Origin: an uncultured candidatus Brocadiaceae bacterium
Lineage (GTDB): Bacteria > Planctomycetota > Brocadiia > Brocadiales > Brocadiaceae
Assembly: GCA_964372185.1 (NCBI GenBank)
Contig: CAYJPZ010000087.1
Span: 1-16,231, forward strand
Direction: 5' to 3'
Length of the DNA stretch: 16,231 nucleotides
Part shown: positions 1 to 6,953 of the stretch, piece by piece
How positions within the stretch are numbered: the stretch's first letter is position 1
Layout: each line of letters begins with the position of its first letter
Translations under genes and position numbers: made by a program
The notes under the pieces: generated by a model
What the model was told of the DNA's origin: nothing
The model's input: only the letters and a program-made list of their open reading frames with translations
The model's database searches: none

Positions 1-224
1 CAATATATGCCACAACTCCATCCCATATCTCCCCGTCTTTTTCTTCCCCCTCATTTTCTTATCGAATGTCCTTTGGCTTTTGGGTTAATGAATCGAATTT
101 CAGGACTCTTTCCACCGGGATTCCCTTTATTTTCGCTTATTTTACCATTTTCAACGAAAATATTCAATCTCTTTACCCCACTATTTCCACCTGCTTTGCC
201 TTGTTTTACGCGGCTTTGGAGTGT

Positions 225-743
225 TTACGTCCAGACACTAAATCGATCATTAAGCTCAGGTGATAAACTTTCTCTGAACCTTTCTCTTCGCGAATTAATC
301 GGCTCAGTGTACTGGATGAGCGCATCAGCAACATTCCAAATAGTAAGGCAGAACTGACGTTCTATCCATATTCTTAAATAATGCTTCTGGAAATCTGCAA
401 ATGTAATATCTTTAATATTTGTATTCTGGAGATAATTCCTTGCACCTTTCTGGAGACCTTTTTGGGAAATTATATAGCCCATATTTGCGCCGACTTCGTG
501 CATTACTGTAGTAAACGCGTGGACAACGCTCTGTGGAATTGTATTTTTCCAATTCTTACATTCGACAACATATTGAATTGAATCAACACTGCCTGGATCC
601 ACCGCGAAAACATCAAGTGATATTGACCCTCTTGGAGTCGTGACTAATTTATTCTCTTCTGCGTGAAGCCCAATTTCTTTGAATATCTTACAAACACCAG
701 CTTGAAGAGTTTTCCAGTTTTTCGGTTCAGGATTTTCGATCAT
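225..743 (-). CDS. Mrr-like PD-(D/E)xK restriction endonuclease domain protein (integron cassette ORF)
   Basis: 172-aa ORF. Its central part reads SISLDVFAVD-x12-YVVECKNWKNTIPQSVVHAFTTVMHEVGANMGYIISQKGLQKGA. This is the D...(D/E)xK core plus the following elements of Mrr_cat-type (PF04471-like) nucleases. The C-terminal ~55 aa are unrecognised. The ATG lies 13 nt downstream (minus sense) of the attC-like site at 757-847. Confidence 0.6.
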   Translation of the reverse strand: MIENPEPKNWKTLQAGVCKIFKEIGLHAEENKLVTTPRGSISLDVFAVDPGSVDSIQYVVECKNWKNTIPQSVVHAFTTVMHEVGANMGYIISQKGLQKGARNYLQNTNIKDITFADFQKHYLRIWIERQFCLTIWNVADALIQYTEPINSRRERFRESLSPELNDRFSVWT

Positions 744-756
744 ATTATTTTGCTAT

Positions 757-847
757 GCCCAACAACTCGGCTAACCTGCCGCGCCAAGGCGCTTGTTGCG
801 GTAGCGACCACGAGCTTCTCGCGGTCAGGTTGAGCCGATTGTTATGC
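757..847 (-). repeat. integron attC-like recombination site (imperfect palindrome)
   Basis: On the plus strand, GCCCAAC (757-763) fits RYYYAAC and GTTATGC (841-847) fits GTTRRRY with one deviation. On the minus strand the 3' box is GTTGGGC, a perfect GTTRRRY. The arms AACAACTCGGCTAACCTG (761-778) and CAGGTTGAGCCGATTGTT (826-843) pair with one bulged base on each arm. The centre is GC-rich and variable, with small internal stems (GCGCCAAGGCGC). The stop codon of ORF 842-1456 lies inside the outer box. Confidence 0.6.
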
Positions 848-1456
848 GGCCTTTTCAATGCGTTTCAAATATTCATTGTAGTTTTTTCTGAGATTGGTCA
901 ATGAATTATGAACATCATCATCGAAGCCTGCTGGCCACCCGATACCTTTAATTTCGTCAGAAGATATCCCCTTGTCTCGCCATAAACTATGAAGACACTC
1001 AAATTGCGCTTGGTGCATCAAAAACATTCTGAAACTTTCAGGAAGTTCATCTTCTGAAATCAGGTATATTTTTGTTCGTATTAAATCAGCCATTTGTTTA
1101 TTAATAGGAAGAAAATAATTCTCGATAAAATAACGCCAGGTCTCTCCTTCTTCATCTGTAATTTTGTCTTTTGGTTTATCGCTAATATGCGGGAGTTTAC
1201 GTTTAGAAACATCGAATACAATTTTTGATTGCGCAATCAGGCCAAGCAAGGGGCTGTATAATTCTTCAATCTGACGTTGAATGTGATTTAGTGTAGTTTG
1301 ATCACGCAACGTCTCAAATTCTTTACGTAATGCTTGCTCGCCTTTGAATTTTTCTAATAATTTGCTTAAAAAATAACCGGCAACAGCAATCAACAGGCCG
1401 ATAATAATCTTATCGATTACCAAGATAAGCAATTCCTGAGAAAATGTCTTCGGCAT
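842..1456 (-). CDS. hypothetical membrane-anchored protein (integron cassette ORF)
   Basis: 204-aa ORF with a good SD (AGAGGAAAA, 8 nt before the ATG). It has a single N-terminal hydrophobic helix (LLILVIDKIIIGLLIAVAGYFL) followed by a soluble, partly coiled-coil domain with no motif I recognise. It is bracketed by the two attC-like sites. Confidence 0.55.
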   Translation of the reverse strand: MPKTFSQELLILVIDKIIIGLLIAVAGYFLSKLLEKFKGEQALRKEFETLRDQTTLNHIQRQIEELYSPLLGLIAQSKIVFDVSKRKLPHISDKPKDKITDEEGETWRYFIENYFLPINKQMADLIRTKIYLISEDELPESFRMFLMHQAQFECLHSLWRDKGISSDEIKGIGWPAGFDDDVHNSLTNLRKNYNEYLKRIEKAA

Positions 1457-1504
1457 GTTAGAAATTTTCCTCTACATATTGAATACTGACAGATGGATGC
1501 GTAC

Positions 1505-1595
1505 GCATAACGGTTGGCTTCACCCGCCGCGCGGGTGCGGGAACCCGCCCTCGCTACGAGACCTCCTGAAAGCGGGTGGGGCCGCCGATTTGTGC
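1505..1595 (-). repeat. second attC-like imperfect palindrome, abutting the truncated intI
   Basis: GCATAACGGTTGGCTTCACCCGC (1505-1527) pairs with GCGGGTGGGGCCGCCGATTTGTGC (1572-1595) at about 18 of 23 positions, with bulges. It shares two motifs with the 757-847 site: C[TC]GCCGCGC just inside the left arm and GCCGATT(T)GT in the right arm. Its boxes are less canonical than those of the first site. Confidence 0.45.
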
Positions 1596-2180
1596 GTGCG
1601 GAGCGCGATCGAGTGCGCCGGGCATTTGAACGTGTCCCCAGCCTTCGGCCAGGTCTTTCTCATGGATCGCCTTGCCTTTCTTGAGACACGCCTGAAGCGG
1701 TGCCTTGAGCGATTCCGGAAGCATGGTGATCCGGTCTTTCGCTCCCTTACCGTCGCGAATGAGTATCTCGTTCCGCGCAAAGTCAATATCCTGAACCCGC
1801 AGGCGCAGGCATTCCATTGGGCGCAGCCCCGCGCCGTACATAAGCGAGGCCATCAGCCGCTTGTCGTCCGAAAGGTTCGACAATACGGCTTTTACTTCAT
1901 CGCGGGTCATAACCACGGGCAGGCGTGTTGGCTTTCGGGCACGGATGATGTTACTGAGATCGCCGACTTCGCGACCAATCACGTGGCGATAGAGGAACAG
2001 TAAGGCTGAAAGTGCTTCACGAAGACGGTCCAGTAGTTTCGGCTTGTGACCCGTCTTTGAGGTATCTGCCGGACGTTCGTTAACACTGTCCGGGCTTGTT
2101 TTTATGGAGCGAGTTTGTTGCACAGGATACCCTCCTCTGCTGGCAAAGTCGAAGATTAGAGGATAGAAAATTACTTGCAT
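1554..2180 (-). pseudogene. intI: integron integrase (IntI-type tyrosine recombinase) remnant
   Basis: The translation contains ALSALLFLYRHVIG...RLPVVMTRDEVKAVL...RLMASLMYGAGLRPMECLRLRVQDIDFARNEILIRDGKGAKDRITMLPESLKAPLQ...LAEGWGHVQMPGALDR.P.A. This matches IntI1-like proteins through box I and into the start of the IntI-specific insertion (ALERKYPNA region). The C-terminal catalytic half (HxxR...Y) is absent. About 60 aa expected between LLDRLRE and ALSALLFLY are also missing. Confidence 0.7.
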
Positions 2181-2337
2181 TTTCCCTTAATGCTGTGCGA
2201 TAGTGAAACAAAAAACGAAAAAAATTGCAAGTATTTTTATTTTATCAGCCCTATTGAATACCCGGGAAAAGAGGAAGTGGATTGGGTGGATGAAACCTGA
2301 TTACTGACAACGTGTCCCTTCAAAAAAACGGGGAAAA

Positions 2338-4371
2338 CTACTTCTTCTCCACCTCGTCGGCTGCTATCGCTTCCAGCTCTGCGTGGATATCTTCCCACTC
2401 TTTATAGAGGGTGTTTAGTTCTTGTGTGACGGACTGGTACTGCTTGTTGACTTCAACGGCTTTCTCCTTATTGCTGTAAAGGGTGGTATCCAGGAGGACG
2501 TTGTCCAGTTCCTTTTTTTCGGCTTCCAGTGAAACGGTTCTTTCCTCGATGTTTTGCGCCTCTTTTGTGAGTTTTCGCTTGCGGGCGTTTTGGTCTTTTT
2601 TTTGAAGGTAAAGTTGCTTTTGCGAGAGGGATTCGTCTGTCTTTGCCGCTGGTGATACGATGTTCGGGGTGGTATTATCCCTGACGGACCTGGGTGTACC
2701 CGGCGTCCGTACGCCGGCAGGCTGGCTTGCCGCGCCTTTGTTGCTTCTCGTTTCGAGAGACATGCTTGCCGTTTTCGCGTCGAGGAATTCCCTGAAGCCA
2801 CTCAGGTGAACGTGGAGCCGATTGTCTTTTAGTTCGAAAACCTTTGTTACCAGGCCGTCAAGAAAGTCCCTGTCGTGCGATACAATCAGCAGGCTTCCTG
2901 CATAGTCCAGCAAGGCGGCCTTTAAAATCTTTTTCGTGGCAATGTCGATGTGATTGGTCGGTTCGTCGAGGAGGAGGAAATTGGTCGGTTTTAAGAGTAT
3001 CTTGGCAAGTGAGAGGCGCGACTTCTCGCCGCCGCTCAGAACGCTAACGGCCTTGAAGACGTCGTCTCCGCTGAACAAAAATGCGCCCAGGATGTGCCTT
3101 ACCTGCGGGATCATGGAAAATGGCGCGACTGACTCTACTTCCTGCAGCACGGTGTTGTTGTTATTAAGTTTTTCCGCATGTTCCTGCGCAAAATAGTCAA
3201 AAAGGACGTTATGCCCCAATTTGAGGGTACCTGAGCAGGGTTGTTCCAAACCGGCCAGGATGCGTGATAAGGTGGATTTCCCGGACCCATTTTGTCCTAC
3301 AAGGGCAATCTTTTCTCCCCGTTCAATCGAGAAGCATACGTTCCGGAAGATGAATCTGCCGTCGTATTGATGGGCAACGTCTTTAACGTCCAGGACGGTT
3401 ACGCCGCTTTGCTTCGATTCGCGAAACCTGAATTTTACCTGGGATTCGTCATTTTCAGGGAGTTCCTCCTTCTCCATTTTTTCAAGCATGTGGATGCGGC
3501 TTTGCACCTGCGATGCCTTTGTGTTCTTCGCCCTGAACCGCTCAATAAAGCGCTCCACTTCTTTAATCTTTTTCTGCTGGTTGGTGTAACGCGCCGTCTG
3601 GAGTTCTTTCCGGTTCTCCTTTTCAATTTCATAAAAGGAATAGTTTCCACTGTATTCAGTGACATTCCCCCTTTCCAATTCCCATATCTTGGTGACGTTC
3701 CGGTCGAGAAATGCCCTGTCGTGGGATATGAGGATCAGCCCCCCTTTGAATTCCTTGAGGTACGACTCGAGCCAGAGGATGGAATCAATATCAAGGTGGT
3801 TTGTCGGTTCATCTAAAAGGAGTAGATTCGGTTCCTGAAGGAGCAGCCGGGAAAGGGCAACGCGCATCTGCCAGCCTCCGCTCAATTCGCCGATGGCTTT
3901 TGTAAAGTCGGAGTCCCTGAATCCCATGCCCTTTAGCACCTTGCTCGTCTCCGCATCGACTTTGGAGCCGTTGACAACGTCCAGTTGATGCTGCAGGTGG
4001 GCATAGCGGTCCAGGAACAACTGGTGTTCTTCTTCGTCCAGTGACGGGTCTTCAAGTCGGGCGTGAATGGTATCGATTTGGCATTTAAGGTTAATAATGT
4101 CTTCAAAAGCAGAACGGGCTTCTTCAAAAACCGTCTTGTTTTTAAAGACAAAGCCTTCTTGCGGGAGATAGCCGACGTTGGTATCTTTTGCGGAGATAAT
4201 ACTGCCGCTATTCGGCTCGATACCTTTGCAAAGGAGTTTAAAAAGGGTTGATTTACCCGCGCCATTCTTGCCGATGAGGCCAATCCGGTCGCTTCTTCGA
4301 ATGTGCAGGGAGACGTCGTCGAATATGACGTCGCTGCCAAACGACAAGCAAATACTATTCAGACGAATCAT
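2338..4371 (-). CDS. ABC-F family ATPase (Uup/YheS-like, two ABC domains plus C-terminal coiled-coil tail)
   Basis: 677 aa. First cassette: GKNGAGKST, LSGGWQMRVALSRLL, LLLLDEPTNHLD. Second cassette: GQNGSGKST, LSGGEKSRLSLAKIL, FLLLDEPTNHID. There are no TM segments. The ~140-aa C-terminal tail is low-complexity and Lys/Glu-rich coiled coil. Confidence 0.9.
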   Translation of the reverse strand: MIRLNSICLSFGSDVIFDDVSLHIRRSDRIGLIGKNGAGKSTLFKLLCKGIEPNSGSIISAKDTNVGYLPQEGFVFKNKTVFEEARSAFEDIINLKCQIDTIHARLEDPSLDEEEHQLFLDRYAHLQHQLDVVNGSKVDAETSKVLKGMGFRDSDFTKAIGELSGGWQMRVALSRLLLQEPNLLLLDEPTNHLDIDSILWLESYLKEFKGGLILISHDRAFLDRNVTKIWELERGNVTEYSGNYSFYEIEKENRKELQTARYTNQQKKIKEVERFIERFRAKNTKASQVQSRIHMLEKMEKEELPENDESQVKFRFRESKQSGVTVLDVKDVAHQYDGRFIFRNVCFSIERGEKIALVGQNGSGKSTLSRILAGLEQPCSGTLKLGHNVLFDYFAQEHAEKLNNNNTVLQEVESVAPFSMIPQVRHILGAFLFSGDDVFKAVSVLSGGEKSRLSLAKILLKPTNFLLLDEPTNHIDIATKKILKAALLDYAGSLLIVSHDRDFLDGLVTKVFELKDNRLHVHLSGFREFLDAKTASMSLETRSNKGAASQPAGVRTPGTPRSVRDNTTPNIVSPAAKTDESLSQKQLYLQKKDQNARKRKLTKEAQNIEERTVSLEAEKKELDNVLLDTTLYSNKEKAVEVNKQYQSVTQELNTLYKEWEDIHAELEAIAADEVEKK

Positions 4372-4522
4372 GTTGTTCTACCGTAGTCAGTCTCACAGCA
4401 TTCATTTCAAAACACACTTTACACAATTCAGAGGCACAAGCCACTTCTCCCTGGGGTTTGACACAATATAACCTAACGCGGCACAGCCGCAACCAAACTT
4501 CCTCCTCCACATACATACGGTG

Positions 4523-4759
4523 CTAGGGATTGTTTGACTGCCACTTCCGCGCTATTTTTATGAGTTCATCCTTCGACATTGCAACTGCTTTTCTGTTTTG
4601 TTCCTGTATTTTTTCAAAGATTTCTTCCCGATGCACCTTGACTTCCTTTGGCGCTACAATGCCGAGCTTAACTTGTTTATTCTGGCATTCAAGGATGGTA
4701 ATCTTTATTTCATTCCCAATAGTTATGCTTTCTCCCTGTTTTCTGGTCAATATCAGCAT
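4523..4759 (-). CDS. csrA: carbon storage regulator CsrA (RNA-binding translational regulator)
   Basis: 78 aa starting [51 protein letters not shown], the canonical CsrA fold sequence with a C-terminal extension. The SD is AAAGGAAGACC-ATG. It lies directly downstream of the fliW genes, as in FliW-type CsrA loci. Confidence 0.9.
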   Translation of the reverse strand: MLILTRKQGESITIGNEIKITILECQNKQVKLGIVAPKEVKVHREEIFEKIQEQNRKAVAMSKDELIKIARKWQSNNP

Positions 4760-4930
4760 GGTCTTCCTTTAAAAAAACAACGATTCCGCCGCATTTAAGT
4801 AAGTCCTGAAACACAACCCCTCTGTCCCCATTTTCTAAAAGGAAGTATTAACGTTCTTTTTAAAAAATGAGGGTTCAGGGGGATGTTATCGGCCATTGCC
4901 TATACAACGCAAACTGTCACAATAAAGCGA

Positions 4931-5884
4931 TTACTTCTTAACGGACTTCTTAACAAATGGATGGTTTAGTGTATACTGTTTCCCTTCCAACACATATTGT
5001 TTTCCTACCCTGCTTTGCTGATTAATAAGGATCGGACCCTTCAAATTCACTGTGGCATTTTCCGGCTTATTGCCCAACGTAACGGTACAAAGTGTCTCCA
5101 CGCTTTTTTTGTCTTTTGCCCCTATCGCGGAAATATCTTGTATCTGTTGTGCCGGGTTGTAATCCGCAAAAAACGGCGTCGGGTTAACTATGGGGAACGT
5201 GACGTCCGGATTTTCCACAGAAACCAGCCATTCAAAAGGACGCCATTCTTCGATATTGAGGATGACAAACTCTCGTAACTCTTCAAATCCCATCAAACCG
5301 TCTTTAAAGGTGATAATGTTTTCTTTTTTAACGAGGAGTTCTCCCAGTTTGGAGCTGGATATCTTTACGCTGTCGCTCCCGCAACTGCTTTTTCCGCCGG
5401 ACGTTTTAACAAATGGATGGCTGAGCGAAAATACCCCTTCCAATACGTATTGTTTTCCTGTCTTGTTTTGCGTGTTGATAAGAATAGGCCCCTTCAGGTT
5501 CACCGTGGCGTTTTCCGGATTTACGCCTAAGGTTACGGTACAAAAGGTCTCAACGCCTTTCTTGTCTTTTGCCCCTATGGCAGAAAAATCTTCTATCTGT
5601 TGCATCGGGCTGTAGTCATTAAAAAACGGCGTCGGGTTGACTATGGGGAACGTAACGTCCGGATTTTCCACAGAAACCAGCCATTCAAAAGGATGCCATT
5701 CTTCGATGTTGAGGATGACAAACTCTCGTAAGTCTTCAAATCCCAATAGGCCGTCTTTAAAGGTGATAATGTTTTCTTTTTTAATGAGGACTTCACCTAA
5801 TTTAGGGGCTGATAGATTTGACCCTCCACTTCCACAACCTGCTTTTCCTTTTCCTGCCGGTTGACACGATCCCATTCCTGTCAT
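4931..5884 (-). CDS. fliW: tandem FliW-FliW fusion protein (two flagellar assembly factor FliW / CsrA-antagonist domains)
   Basis: 317 aa. Two near-identical halves, offset by 151 codons (453 nt), each read KLGE.L.KKENIITFKDGL.GFE.LREFVILNIEEW.PFEWLVSVENPDVTFPIVNPTPFF...ATVNLKGPILIN...GKQYVLEG...HPFVK. These are FliW-family hallmarks. The SD is AAAGAGGTGGATT-ATG. Confidence 0.85.
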   Translation of the reverse strand: MTGMGSCQPAGKGKAGCGSGGSNLSAPKLGEVLIKKENIITFKDGLLGFEDLREFVILNIEEWHPFEWLVSVENPDVTFPIVNPTPFFNDYSPMQQIEDFSAIGAKDKKGVETFCTVTLGVNPENATVNLKGPILINTQNKTGKQYVLEGVFSLSHPFVKTSGGKSSCGSDSVKISSSKLGELLVKKENIITFKDGLMGFEELREFVILNIEEWRPFEWLVSVENPDVTFPIVNPTPFFADYNPAQQIQDISAIGAKDKKSVETLCTVTLGNKPENATVNLKGPILINQQSRVGKQYVLEGKQYTLNHPFVKKSVKK

Positions 5885-6222
5885 AATCCACCTCTTTCTT
5901 TAAAAGGTTCAATGCCGCTGGATATAAATTACACGGGGCTAAGCGCACCAAGTGCAAACAATGAAAACACTCGGTATCGAACGATTGCTCTATTATTCCA
6001 TTCCGCGTTGATAACAGTTTACCTGGTATACCTTTTTTAAAAAAACGCAAAACAGTATATCGTTTTTCTCGTATATTTACAAACTTATTGTTATTGAGAA
6101 CGGTAATAATCTTTTCGACGCCGAAGGCCTTTCGTTACCCCATTCTTCTCAATAACGCGCTACCTGAAAATCCTTTTCCGAAACGCTGTTATACTCGCCG
6201 GTGTCCGCATGATATCAGTCGA

Positions 6223-6702
6223 CTACTTCTTAACAAGCGGGTGATTTAGGCTGTAATAGTCCTCCAGCAACACGAATTGCTTTCCTAATTTATTTTGCGT
6301 GTTAATAAGGATAGGCCCCTTGAGGTTTACCGTGGCATTTTCCGGCTTGTCGCCTAACGTGACGATGCAAAACGTTTCAATACATTTGGGGTCTTTTGTT
6401 TCTAATGCGGCAAGGTCTTCGATTTGCTGCATCGGCTGGTAATCCGTAAAAAAGGGTATTGGATTAATAACGGGGAAGGTAATTTCGGGGTTTTCCACGG
6501 AGACTAACCATTCAAAGGGGCGGCACTCTTCGATGTTAATAATGACAAACTCTTTTAAATTTTCAAATCCAAACAGCCCCTCTTTAAAAATAATAATATT
6601 TTCTTTATTAATGAATAAGTCGCCTAATTTTTGGGTTGATATATTCAGGCTGCTGCTTCCACAACCTTTTTCTTCCGGTTGACATGATCCCTTACCTGTC
6701 AT
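6223..6702 (-). CDS. fliW: FliW family protein (third, more divergent FliW paralog)
   Basis: 159 aa with the same architecture as each half of 4931-5884 (KLGDLFINKENIIIFKEGLFGFENLKEFVIINIEECRPFEWLVSVENPEITFPVINPIPFF...ATVNLKGPILINTQNKLGKQFVL). It has the same N-terminal MTGKGSCQP..GCGS extension. The SD is AAAGAGGTACACC-ATG. Confidence 0.85.
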   Translation of the reverse strand: MTGKGSCQPEEKGCGSSSLNISTQKLGDLFINKENIIIFKEGLFGFENLKEFVIINIEECRPFEWLVSVENPEITFPVINPIPFFTDYQPMQQIEDLAALETKDPKCIETFCIVTLGDKPENATVNLKGPILINTQNKLGKQFVLLEDYYSLNHPLVKK

Positions 6703-6903
6703 GGTGTACCTCTTTCTTTGAAAGGTTTGATACTGTCGGATAAAAATTACACGTGGGCAAAACGCACCCGACGCCGAATGTGGTGAGAATGGTAAGTTTT
6801 GAGCTTATGAACAGACCCTGTTTGTTCCTGCAACCCCTAAATCCGCTCAAACACAATTGTTTTGCTAAAAAATGTCATAGCAGTTAATGAGACAATAAGA
6901 TGT

Positions 6904-6930
6904 ATATCGGATGTTTCTTTCAAAAAGTTA
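6904..6930 (-). promoter_or_regulatory. candidate sigma-28 (FliA/SigD)-type promoter upstream of fliW paralog 3
   Basis: The minus strand reads TAAC-N15-TCCGATAT, against the SigD/FliA consensus TAAA-N15-GCCGATAT/AA (3/4 and 7/8 matches, exact spacing). It lies ~200 nt upstream of the 6702 start. Confidence 0.3.
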
Positions 6931-6953
6931 AATTGATGTTCTGTAATAAATCA

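Larger units (their letters stand above)
225..2180 (-). mobile_element. degenerate chromosomal integron: intI remnant co-oriented with at least two cassettes
   Basis: Minus-strand order is intI remnant, attC-like site, ORF, attC-like site, ORF. The cassette ORFs are AT-rich, whereas the intI remnant and attC sites are GC-rich. Confidence 0.55.

Noticed and set aside
290-310. 10-nt match (AATCGGCTCA) to the arm of the 757-847 attC-like site, considered as a third attC
   Set aside because: It lies inside the Mrr-like ORF, in the opposite orientation, with no partner arm and no GTT/AAC boxes. It is probably chance or a vestige.
1455-2003. 182-aa plus-strand ORF and 88-aa minus-strand ORF (1520-1786) across the GC-rich block
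   Set aside because: They are antisense or out of frame relative to the recognisable IntI-like frame. Long spurious ORFs are expected in GC-rich DNA.
2415-4340. Several 60-175-aa ORFs inside the ABC-F gene (2415-2801, 2844-3196, 3292-3816, 3435-3665, 3933-4340)
   Set aside because: All are alternative-frame or antisense shadows of a gene with unambiguous Walker/signature motifs. Their translations are low-complexity.
4372-4522. Possible leader peptide or attenuator upstream of the ABC-F gene, as in antibiotic-resistance ABC-F genes (GGAGGAGGA followed by short frames; small GCGGC-TGT-GCCGC hairpin)
   Set aside because: Several short overlapping frames are open and none has a convincing start with proper spacing. 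No alternative terminator/antiterminator pairing could be built by eye.
5863-5884. MTGMGSC at the FliW N-termini as a lipoprotein lipobox
   Set aside because: No hydrophobic signal-peptide h-region precedes the Cys, and FliW acts in the cytoplasm.
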